Notes under the pieces: generated by a model
Told to the model about the DNA's origin: nothing
The model's input: only the letters and a program-made list of their open reading frames with translations
The model's database searches: none
Shown here: piece by piece, positions 48,596 through 59,734 of the stretch
How positions within the stretch are numbered: position 1 is the stretch's first letter
Layout of the letters: the number at the start of each line of letters is the position of its first letter
Translations under genes and position numbers: made by a program
Origin: Camelus dromedarius
Taxonomy: Eukaryota
Direction of reading: 5' to 3'
Length of the DNA: 60,000 nucleotides
NCBI RefSeq assembly: GCF_036321535.1
Contig: NC_087436.1
Location: 119,662,001-119,722,000, forward strand

Positions 48596-51384
48596 GTAAG
48601 TTCCCTTCTGGTTCTGGTGTTCGTGGGCCCATATCCCCAGGTCCTTGTCTGACGCTTCCGGAGGGTTAGAATTTGTGTTTCAAACCCAGCGACAGAAGAG
48701 TTGTGGAGGAGGGAGAGTTAGAGGTGTTCTGTGACTCCAGGAGCAGGGCCAGCCCCAGGCTTGGGCCCAGTCTAAAGAACCACCTTGGGACCCCCAGTGC
48801 TGCTTGGCGGAGCCCTACCCGGCCCCTCTCTTCAGAGGGGCCTCTCTGCCTTCCCTCGGGTCATGGCCTCTCCAAGGGCCAGAGAGTCTGTGGGGCCGAG
48901 AGAATGAGCCCCCTGGAGCTGGTGTCCCTCTTTCATCCACATCTGGGATTCTTGGAACCCTGTGATTCTGTGCCTGGATAGCCTGAGCTTGCTTCCAGGG
49001 CCTGAGAAACCTGTTCTCTGGGTCTGCCCTCCCAGAGTGGGCTGTGCGGCCAGTGTTTGCCCCCAAAGCCTGAGGTCTGGCTGAGGGAGGCTACGGAGGG
49101 GTGGGGTGCAAAGGGGAACAGAGCTGGGAGGGCCACGCCGGTGTGCACGCGGATGTATGCCAGGCCACTCGGGGTCTAGGACGGGGCTGTGGCTGGGAGA
49201 GCAAGGGGCAGGTTGGGGGCATTTGGGTATCCTCAAATCCTGGGTAGTGCACGTGTTAGGGGGAGGCAGGAGGGAGTTCCAGGCACAGAGGAGCCCAGCA
49301 GGGGTGCATGAGGAAGGCTGGGGATACTGGGAAGGGAATCATGGGAGGGCAGAGGGTCAGGCTCGTCTCTCCTGGGGTCTTTATCTGGCTTCGGGGGTGA
49401 GTTTTCAGGATGCCTGGAAATCGTGGGCAAGAGTGCACACTTCTCTGGGGAGGGTAGCCAGAGCCTTCGCCAGCTCCCTGAGGAGTCAGCCGCCCAGACC
49501 AGGGGCAGCCTCACCAGCCCGGAAGCCGCGGCACGTTGGAGCTGATTTCGTGGTGGATGGCGTGTTTCTCAGCGCCACTGGCAGTTACGAAGCTCAGAGG
49601 TGGAGGGAGAGGGCTGGCTGGTCTGATTTCCAGTCTCAGTACCTGCCGTGCCGTTGGGAAGGGAGGGAGGAAGGAGGTGGACCTGCTGGGGGGTTAGGGA
49701 ATGAGATCCGTGTTTTCATTAACCAAAGACCGAGAAGGGGCTGGAAGGAAACGTTTGTGACCTGGAGCTGCTTGGGCCCTGGCTCTGACTCTCCATGCTG
49801 TTTGGATCCCTGAACTGTGTCCAGCGCCCTGCCGTGGAGGCTCCGGAAGGATTGGGCCACAGATATGGCTTCTGAAACCGGCCTCCCTTTACACAAATGT
49901 TTGTCCTCTGGGATGGGGCTGGTGGGAAGATCATGAAAAGTGACCCAGCACTGCGAGTTGTGCAAATTGCGAGATTAGTGGGGCATTAGCGGGAGGCCTC
50001 ACAAAGGGCCCCCTGGGCCCTGCCACCCCTCCCATCCCCCAGCCCCCAGCTCAACACAAAAAGCCCAACGGTGGTGAGTCAGTGAGGGCCATAAGCAGAC
50101 AAGAGAGCAGGAGGAATAAACCCTGCAGTGGGGTATTCACTCCGGTTTGGGTTTGGTTTTCAGGGATGAATAGGGACTTTGCAGACAAAGTGGGCGGCCT
50201 GGCGGGGGTGGGGGCTGCCCTGGCAGCTGGGAACCCTGTGAGGTGGGGGCCGGGCTGTGAGCTGAGTGCGGTGCGTCTGAGTGGCTGGCGGGCTGGACTC
50301 TATAATGAGCCATCAGTGTTGCCATCAGGCGCGGCCCACTGAGCGGCTGTGGACCCCAGTTGCTGCTCATTTTCCTGTAGAGATGTTCCCCGCAGATCGC
50401 CTCTCCCTCTGAGCAAGGCTGAATTCCTTTCGGTGTGGGTAAATCTCTGAGACCATCTGGCCTGGAACATCAAAGAACAGCTGGAGACGCCATTTCCCTT
50501 CCTTTAGAACCGGGGCAAAGGCACCCGCACTCTGTGAAGTGAGAGCGGGTTAGGTCCTGGGGAACTCTGCTTGGCTGATTTCTGGGGTTGGTTCCTATTA
50601 AAGGTACATGGGAAAGGCGCTGAGGGCCTTGGACAGCCCCCGTTGTCTAATCATCTGAAAACGGGAGTCGGGAACCCCGTGGCCCAGGGCTTCTGCTCCG
50701 GGCACCCCTGACTCCAGCACTCCATCTCATCCCCTGGGGCCCCATGGGTGTGTCCAGCTGCCTCGGCTCCAGCTCGGCACACCCGCCCCTGAGCCTTCCG
50801 TGACCCCATCTCACCACCCAGCCAGGCCCTCGAGCCAGAGGACCTTGACCTTGACTCGTCCTTCCCCCAGAGTCCCCAGACACCCACCCTGCCCTGACTG
50901 TGGCCGCCCTCTGAGCTGAGGCAAGAGTATAGGGCTGGGGCAGCAAGGTGGATTCTAGAGGCCCCTCTGAGCTAGGAGAGCAGGAGTCAGTGTCTGATGG
51001 AACCGGCTTTTCTCATTGGAAGCTGATAAGCCAACTAAAGTCTGGCAGATTTGGGCCAAGAGAGAATGACCTGCCCTCTGCTGGGCCCTGTTGCCTGGGA
51101 GATGGGAAGGGCGCTGCCCCATCCTTCAGAACCACCGACAAGCGGGCTGATCAGGAACTGAGCTGGATTCTTGTAGTGAAGGAGCTGCGAGAGCACAGTC
51201 ACTCCTGGAGAGCTTCCTGGAGGAAGCGGCCCAGCAGTGGGATGACCAAATGGAGGAGCGGGTTCTCTTCAAGGGATGGAGCAAGAAGCATCCTGGGCAG
51301 AAGTGGGGGCTCTTTTCCGGGGCAGGACCAGCCTGGCTCACCTCTGGGTCCTACAACAGAGCCTGGAACTTGGCCTTCAGTGCC

Positions 51385-51510
51385 CTCTCACTCCCTTCAT
51401 TCACTCATTCCACAGATACTTGTTTAGCACCTACTGTGTGCCAGGCATCCAAGATACAGCAGCGGTGATCAGACAGAGAACGCCCTGCCCTCACGGTGTC
51501 TGCCTCGTGT
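51385..51510 (-). mobile_element. L2 3' end
   Basis: TTCATTCACTCATTCCACAGATACTTGTTTAGCACCTACTGTGTGCCAGGCA. Confidence 0.85.
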
Positions 51511-52419
51511 GGCAGTTGGGAGCCAGTGCCAACCCACCACCCTCAACACACATTTGGGGTGACGAGGGCTGTGTTGACGGGGCTGCTCGCACACTTGGGA
51601 GACGAATGCACAAATGAATAAATGGGTTATCACACGGTATCACACAGGCTGCTCCGAAGCTGGTTTCTGTGTACCAGAGGGCTGAGTCTGGGGCTCGGTG
51701 GGGCCAGGCTGACACCGGGCTGTGGTCCTGGCCATGGCAGTGATGCAGGCTGGCCTGGCCTGGGAGCCCCGTGGACAGAGCTCGCCCGCCCCCTCTCCCT
51801 CACTGCCGCCCGAGACCCGGGGCTGGCCGAAATCCTCCCCGCTACCTCCATTGCCCCGTTTGAGTGTTATCAATCCTTGGGGGCCTGAGGAGAGTGTTTC
51901 CTGAAATCACCCAAATGAGGTGAAAATGGGCCACTTCCGTCCTCTTCCTGTTAGCTGTGCCGACCTCCCAAATGGCTTGTCACCGGGCGTGTTTCTGGAT
52001 TGCATTCTCGCTGACCTGGAAGGATGTGGTTAACACCTCGGGTCCTTTTTACTGCAGATTCCTGCTTGGGCCAGTCCGACGGACACAGCGCCATGTCAGT
52101 GCCGCGGTCCCTCTCCCCTCCTTCCCTCGCTGGCCTCCCCTGTCTCCCCTGCAGTGGCCTCTGGGACCCACAGGCAGCACAGGAGGTGGGCAGGTGGACC
52201 AACTGTCTACACCTGTAGACCCTCTTTCCTGGCTCAGGGCTTAATTCCGTGGCGTTTTGCTCACCATTTCTTGTCTCTGGTCTTGTCCCTGGGCCCCTGT
52301 TGCAGGCACCATCTCCTGTCCCTAGCATTTATGGGGCAGCATTTGCAAGGCCACCAGCTGCAGAATGAGTCAGTTGTGGTCCCTGCCACCAAAGAGCCTC
52401 CACGTTGCTGTAGAAAAGA

Positions 52420-52900
52420 CTGTGTTCTCATCTCACCCAGAAAAGCCAAGCTCATTACCAGGCCCCCGGGATCTACACCCACCTCTTCCCCCTGCTTCAT
52501 CTCCAATTAAAACTTGCTCCAGCATGGACCTCCTGCTAAGCTCACTCCTGCCTCAGGGCCTTTGCACTTGCCATTTCCTCCACCCAGACGCCCTTCCTGC
52601 AGCCAAGTGTCTGCCCAGCTCTCTGCACACCCCTACCCCCACCTCCAGGCATTGCCCAGGCATCATCACTTCTCATCAAGGCCTCCTTGACCTCCTCATA
52701 TAGAAGTGAACCCAGGGCCCACGCCACGTGCCCTGTGTCCCTCCTCCATTCGGTTTTTCTCCATGACATTTACCAGTTGGATATAACCATATCCTGCTTA
52801 CTTACTTACTGTCTGTCTCCCCCAGAAGACGAAAGCTCCTCCATCCTGTTTGTCCACTGTCGTACCCCCAGCTTCTAGAATACTGGCTGCCACACAGCAG
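52420..52900 (+). mobile_element. L2 LINE segment
   Basis: CTCCTGCCTCAGGGCCTTTGCACTTGCC, GTCTGTCTCCCCCAGAAGACGAAAGCTCC, CTAGAATACTGGCTGCCACACAGCAGGC. Confidence 0.8.
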
Positions 52901-55609
52901 GCAGCCGACCTGCGTGTGTGGTGTGTGTGTACATGTGTGTCTCCTTTCAGACCCTGTAATAAGGATATCAAACAGCATTTTATGGTGTCAGTAAACATAA
53001 GAGCATCATCTGGTTAGCGCTTCGGAGTTTCCCTAATGGGGCATTAATAGCTTAGTTTTGTGTGCCCCTGGCTGTGTGAGGGCCTCAGCCGGCAGCGGTT
53101 TCACCTCTAAATCTCTGTGGCCGAGGTGTCCGTGGGCCTGGGGTGCCGCGTTCACGATGGAATGTTAACGCGGCACGTGCTCCAGGCCCTCCTCCACGTG
53201 TGCAGAACAGAGCTCAGATGGTGTAATAAAAAGCGAATCTAATTTGATTTTCCAAAATGAGTGCCCTGAAGGATCTTTTCAAAAAGAAGCCGGTGCAGGG
53301 TCAGGGGAAGACAGTGACCCCACTGGGGGCGCGTTCCCCAGGGACACGCAATATCCAGACCAATGAGGCAACACCACCTTCATTAAGTAACCTCGGGGAC
53401 TTTTTAATTGTGTCTGGAACTCAGGTTTCAAGGGCTCGGGGAGTGACTCATGCATCTTACCTGTTGGTGACAATGATGTCTTTCGTGCTTGTTTCTTTTA
53501 TACTTTCTCCACTTCTTCTCCTAAAAAGAAAACCGTCTCGTCACTTTTTGTTGTTCCCAGACTCCTCAGCGCCTCCTGTTGGTCCTCGAAATGCGTTGGG
53601 TGTGAAGGGGCGTCATCCTAGATGCAGCCAGATCCTCTTGGCCCCTCCTTGTTCTTTCTTTGTTTTTTAATCTAGGCTGGGGTGACCCAGTGCCACTGCC
53701 GAGTTCAGTGAGACTTTCTGAAGGGAGAGTTCATCTCAGCATCGAGGGTGGCCTTGGTGCCCCACAAACTGTTCCGGAAACTGAGGGTCTGTGGGACTGG
53801 AATCTCAGTGCCTCTTCAGCCATCTAGGTGCCAGGGGTTTCAAGTGCTCGATCAGGAAGTCCCTCCTTCGTCCTGGGGCAATGGGAGGCCTGGAATGAAT
53901 TTAGGCAGGATGTGCCTGATCCAGTCGGTCCTTTGGAGGGTGCCACAAGCTGGGTGAGGATTGTGGACTGTTCAGTTCGCAGGTAAACGGTACAGAGGAG
54001 GACAGAAGGGGAGTCTGGAGGCAGGGAGTCCAGCTGGAGGCTGTCGTGTGACAGATGAGGAAGAGGAAGACCCCACTGGCCTGCATGCTCAAGCTTGTAC
54101 CCCTGTTGCTGGAAGGCAGAGGGCCCAGTGCAGGGTCTCTCAGGCCACTTCAGTCCCTCCCTTCTGTGGTCACTCCCCACAGTGACTCACATTCCCAAGT
54201 GTGCCTAGGAGTGAAGAGAGGCTGGTGGCTGGGTCCCTGGTTCCCTGCTCCAGCCCCGCCAGCATCGAGTGTTAACGGCATTATTCATCAATTAGCCAGC
54301 TGGTTGCTCGTCAGGCAGGGAGCAGGTGCAGTACTGGGGGAGCGGGATGCACGTCGGGGCAGGGCAGGGCTGCGTGCTCGGCGCTGTGGGCTCCAGCGCA
54401 GGGGCACCCACTGCTATCGGCAGCTGTGGATGGAGGAAAATGCCGGGATGGCTTGTCTGGAGGGGGAGGGGGAGGGGGGAGGGCATCTCCAGTGAGGGCC
54501 GCAGTTCCAGTTTCTGGGGTGGGTGGACAAGAGGTGGGCTGGCTCTGAGGCAGAGTGCAGGGGAAGGGGTGGGAAGGAGGTGCCTCTGGTCCTGTGCAGG
54601 GATCAGGGTACAAGGGCACAGGGACCAGCCATGACCACTGCGTTCTGTTCTGAGGATGATGTATTTGGGGTAGAGCAGAATCAGAACAGAGGGACAGGAT
54701 GGGGGCGATGACACTGTTGCCTGAGAAACACTCTGAGGACTGGGGCTCCCACATCACAGGAGGGAGGGCTCCCGGGGCTGGGGATATGCATGGGAGTGGC
54801 CCTCGGTTCCCAGAAGCTTGTTCTGGGGAAAAGGGGACAGACGGGTTCTGTGCTGGTGGGGGGCCAGTTGGGGGTAATTCCTGCAGACAGATCTCTGCTC
54901 AGGACAACATGCAGAGCTTCTCGGAGGCCAGGGGTGGCCTGGTTCCTGGAGGGGAGCACACACAGTGGCAGGCAACCAGGGATGGATGTCAGGTCAGTAG
55001 GACAGCGGGACAGTGGGTGGGAGAGCCTGTAGGGACACCTAAGATGCAGTGGGGGCTGGGCTGAGTGGCCTTTACAATGCTCAGCACCAAGAGGCTGTTT
55101 TTGACAAAGAAGGGGTCTGTCTGACCCCCACCCCCGGGGGTCAGGGCCATTTTGGTGCCTGGGGGAGTCTGAAAGGGCACATTGGCCAACTCCTGGGCTT
55201 CCTGAGACAGTCCAGTTCTCGGGGGCCTGCTTTGTTTTGGGGGAACAGGCTGCGGAAAGTCTCAGGGCCAGACTAAAGTTTCCCAGAAAGGGGTAGAGCA
55301 GCTTGCTGATCAAGTCCAAGTCCAAGGCCGTTTCGCCATGCAGCCCCCGTCTTTCCTGGCCCCCTCTGCTCTCAGAGCCAGACAAAGACAGCGCTGTGCT
55401 GGAAGGCGCTCACAGGTCCTGGGAGGGGGTTCCGGAAGATTCCATGCATGACTCTCCTCTTCTTCACTTCCAAGCAGCCTGGAAGTCCTTTCCATAAGTA
55501 ATTCATCCAGAAAAGAAGCAAACCAGCCCCCTTGACGTGCACAACTTCCCGTGCATCCTCTCAAATGCCTCCCGTGGGTACTGTGCTGTAGGTGAGCAGA
55601 CAGAGGCCC

Positions 55610-55884
55610 AGGGGTGAAGTGCCTGCCCCGGCCACGCAGGCCGCGCCGGCCGCACTGGGGAGCAGGACTGGGTCTCGGAGCCCGGCCTCGGCTGCTGCTC
55701 CCCCAGCCTCTGCCGGATCCCTTTCCCTGCGCTGAGCTGTTCATTGTTTTTGCCCTCTCCTCGCTGGGAGGGAAACGCCGAGGGTGGGTGTTGACAGCAG
55801 CTCCATAAACACCGGGGAGGAGGACGGAACTTCAGCCCAGCCGGCCGCAGGGGCAGGCGCGAAGCAGAGAGCGGGGGTGTGGGG
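55610..55884. promoter_or_regulatory. CpG-enriched promoter/enhancer-like segment
   Basis: Locally high CpG; CATTGTT 55742, TGACAG 55792, ATAAACA 55805, CGGAA. Confidence 0.35.
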
Positions 55885-56009
55885 GTGTATGTGTGCGCCT
55901 GTGTGTGCCTGTGTGTGCGTGTGTGAGCGCGTGTGCATCTGTGCGTGCGTGTGCGTGTGCACCTGTGTGTGTGTGCACCTGTGTGTGTTTGTGTGTGTGT
56001 GTGTGTGTG
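55885..56009. repeat. Compound (GT)n/(GC) alternating purine-pyrimidine microsatellite
   Basis: GTGTGCGCCTGTGTGTGCC...GTGCGTGCGTGTGCGTGTGC...(GT)n. Confidence 0.9.
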
Positions 56010-57997
56010 GGCATATGGACCACGGGGTGTGGGCCTCTTTTTGCTTTTTTCACAAGCCGTCTTTGGCTCCTTTCCAGCCCCGCGTTCACACAGCTGGACC
56101 AAGCTGGAGTGTCAGGGGAGCCTCCCCCCACCCCGCCCCCTCACCCACCCCCACTCCCGTGCCTCATCTCTGGCCCAGCCCGCTTCCCTGCTCAAATCTC
56201 CTGCTCCAGGTTAGGGGCGAGTTCTTAGTTGTCCTCACAGTGGGACTCTGTCCCTGACCTCACCTCTCAGTCCTCTGTGCTGGCCTCACCTGGTGACCTT
56301 GGGCTGTGCCTGAGCAGCTTCCCTTGTGGGGCAGCCGCCTCCTGGTCACCTTTCTGGGGGCACCAGCGGAGCAGCTAGGGCCTCTTCCCACCCACCAACT
56401 TGGGGTTAACAGGGTTGAGCCCCGCCCACCTGAGGTGGTGGAGGCTTGGGGAGGTTCTGCATTTGGGGTGAGCACGTGTTCTACCATCCTGAGTTTCCAG
56501 AACAGCGTCAGACTGGCTTGGTACCTGAAGCACTGGCGAGTTGGGGACTTTCTGCAGGGGTGATGGACTTGGGGGTCATCCTGTAGACACACCAACCATC
56601 TCCAGGCTGGACGCGTCTCTGTTCCTGAAGGAGTCAGTTGGCCTCCCCGCGGGCCCCCAGCTCCTCGCCCACCCCCAGCACATCCTGTCCTCGGGCTCCC
56701 TCCCCCCTCGCCCCTCCTTCCTCTCTGCCCTTCCTCCACCTCTCCAGGAGAAACCTGCAGGCCCTGGCCTGGCCCGTGCGAGCAGCTCTGTCTACACATG
56801 CCAGTGGCTTTGTACCTACGCCAAGGCCTCCTGTCACCCAGGCTCCTCCTGAATTCCTGGCCCCCTGTTCATATGATTGTTTTCTCCTCCTTACGCAAGG
56901 CTCCCCTGGTGGGGGAGTCGTGGGGGTTTTAGGATCCTGCTGCAAATCCTCGCTCCCTACCCTGCCACCTCCCACCAGGCTCGGCCCTGCTTGCTGGGTT
57001 ATGGATGCCTGGGTCTGGCACCTGCCAGCCCGGAGGCCCTTGGAGGTGCCGTCGCTGGTACTTGGTGGGGCCTGTGGCACCACGTGCTCTTTGGTGCCTG
57101 GCCGTGAGCTCCCTTCAACTGTGGGTGCTTTGTCTCCTGTGCGCGGATGTGCAGGCAGCCCAGAGAGGTCAAGTGACTGGCTCAGGTGACCCCATGAATT
57201 GGAGGCACACGGGTGATGGGGTGTAGGGCTCTGACTTCTGGGTCTGTTTCCTAGCAGTGGGGGACTCAGGGATTCAGAGTGCTTTTTATGCACCTGAAAA
57301 CTGCACAAGGGCTTCGACTCTCCTGGTGGCCAAAGGTCGGGCCTCTTCATCCGAAGATGTCTTGGTCGAGGGCCAGCTTGGGCTTGTCACTGACACCAGG
57401 AGAGTGGGGACGGTGTGGTTCTTTTTCTGAAGCATTTTAAACGGGAGCGTGAACCAAGCCTTCCACCCAGGCCCATGGCTTAAGCTTGCTGCTAAATGTT
57501 TTTGAGATATTTTTCTCTTCCTCAGTTCTTCTGAAATGGAGCTGCAAAGCTGTGGGAATTGAATTCCATTCAGTCAGTGGTTGTGATGCATCTTCTGTCC
57601 TCTTGGCTCTGGGGAGGGTCGAGGGTCAGAACCGTGTCACACGGCCAAGAGGCGATTATCCAGGGAGCCCGGGTGGCATCGTGGCTTGGTGGGCGCCAGG
57701 CAGGTGGTTCCGTGTGCTGGCCTACCCCTTCTCTGCCGCAGCTCCGCAAGCCTGTCACCTCGACACACAGGAGAGGGAACGGGGCTTCAGGGAGGTGGCT
57801 GCCTGACCAAGATCACAGCGTTGAGAAATGGTGGGATTCCAATGCAGAACATACTGATTTCCCACTTTGTGACATGAGGAAGGCTTCCTCGACGAGGCTT
57901 AAGGACGGGTGGATTTGGGGAACTTGGAGAGGGGAGAGGGCATTGGCGGAGCCGGGAGGGCCGGGGGCCCCTGGCAGGAGGAGCTAACAGTTCTCCG

Positions 57998-58019
57998 CCC
58001 CCCCCCCCCCCCCCCCCCC
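57998..58019. repeat. C22 homopolymer
   Basis: 22 consecutive C. Confidence 0.9.
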
Positions 58020-58089
58020 GCCGGCTGGGCCTCTGCTACGCCCTGCACTCGCAGTGTCACGTGCAGTCTCAGCTCACGGAGGCGGATAC

Positions 58090-58215
58090 TCTCATTAACC
58101 CCATTCTAGAGATGAGGAAAGTGAGTCACAGAGGGGTTAAGTCAGTTGTCTGAGGTCACACAGCTACTAAGTGGACTGAGGTTTGGACCCTGGCTTCCTG
58201 GCTCCGGAGTCTGAG
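58090..58215 (-). mobile_element. MIR SINE
   Basis: CCCCATTCTAGAGATGAGGAAAGTGAGTCACAGAGGGGTTAAGTCAGTTGTCTGAGGTCACACAGCTACTAAGTGG. Confidence 0.9.
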
Positions 58216-59263
58216 CACGGTGGGTGGTTGGCGTGGCTGGAGGCAGGGGCGCCCGGCCCCGTGTGTGCAGACAGTGTTTGCTGCTGTGAACCCGCTTCTT
58301 CCCAGAGTTTACAAGCGTAGTGAGTTTGGGAGGATGAGGAAGGGTCCAAGGCATCCTTCCGGGGCCAGTTTCCTTTGCTGCTGCTGAGACGTCCAGCAGG
58401 TCCTGGAGCGACAGAGGTGGGGCTGACTCTGCTTCCCCCGGAGCCCAGCCCAGAGCCGAGAGGACAGAAGACTTATCATGACCACTGACTGAACGGAATG
58501 CAATTCCCACAGCTTTGCAGCTCTGTTTCAGAAGGACCTCCAGGCCTTAGCTGCCCACTGACAAAGTGGGGCGTGTACGCGAAACGTGGATTCTGAAGCT
58601 CGGGGTTCTTTAGGGAAGATGTCAGGGGTGCCACAAACATTTGATTTGGATTTTAGTTTTAAAGTCATTTGACTAAACACTCATGAAGACTGCACACACC
58701 TGGTCAGGTGACCGCTGGACCTGCACACCTTCCCTGGCTGCAAGCCACCTTGTGTTTGTAGGGACCATGCAAGAAGGACCCTCTTGCCACTGGTGTGCGT
58801 GTGCCCGAGCCCCCATGGCTGTGTCACTCTGTGTGTGAGTAGACGGTAGATTTCAGGCCCGTGTGTGTCTCTCGGGGAGAACTCTGTACATGAAGCACCT
58901 TTTCTCTCTAGGTCAGGATTTCCCCCCAAACAGAGGTGGCTCTGGATGCAGTGGGGACACAGGCGGGGACACAGGCAGGCCCCAAGGATGTGTGTTTTGG
59001 AGGGCAGCCTCCCAATGCACACTGACTGGCTTTAAAAGCTGAATGTATTAAATAAACTTGCCTACTGATAAAGCACAACTTCTGCCCAACTTTATAAGTT
59101 GGCTTTTGCAAACAGATTTCATTCTGAAAACGGTTTGTGAACCACTGGGCTAGAAACCTGCGGGAGGCCTGAGCAGGTCCCAATTCCAGAAACGCCAAGG
59201 ACATGGCCCCCAGGCCCGCTGGGCCTCCTGTAGGCTCACCCCAAGTCAGGGCAAAAGGCAGAC

Positions 59264-59734
59264 AATCCAAGCTCGTGCTGCTCGCTGCATAATAGGCCAG
59301 TAAATCGAGAGACGAGGCAAGGAAAAGGGCCTATATTCGGAAAGCTAGCAGATGGAGAAGACGGTGGACTAGTGTCCAAAGAAACATCTTTCCTGAGTTA
59401 GAGTTCAGGCTTCTTTTATCCTACAAGGGGAGGGGGTGAAGGCAGGCATTTCCTGGGTCCCACCAGCCTCCGGAGGGGATGTGTTAGTTTCTTCCTTCCT
59501 GCGGTCAGTCACAGGTGGGCCTGCTCAGGTGCTTCCTGTGAGCTACGCAAAGGTATTTTAGCTTAATGCTCATTACCTGGGAGCCGGGGTTCCCTGAGGT
59601 GGGCTGTTATATATCATTTAAGCTTGTAGGCAGCATCCCTTTAGTGATGAATTTGTAGTAAAAGCGGTAGAACACGAAGGTTAAAGTAAAAGAAACAGAC
59701 CAGTATGGAGTCAGGTTTGTCCTTCCCTGCTGCA
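59264..59734 (-). mobile_element. ERV1 solo LTR, MER41-like laurasiatherian family
   Basis: AATCCAAGCTCG, AAATCGAGAGACGAGG, TTCGGAAAGCTAGCAGA, GGTGGACTAGTGTCC, TTCAGGCTTCTTTTAT and end TAAAAGAAACAG..ATGGAGTCAG; subfamily recalled from memory. Confidence 0.6.

Larger units (their letters stand above)
57526..58536. repeat. Long inverted repeat: arms 57526-57613 and 58449-58536, 835-nt spacer
   Basis: Hand alignment: ungapped, 77/88 identical to the reverse complement. Confidence 0.95.

Noticed and set aside
57317..57405. 12-bp inverted repeat ACTCTCCTGGTG / CACCAGGAGAGT
   Set aside because: A stem this short at this spacing is plausible by chance in 60 kb and does not extend like a pre-miRNA
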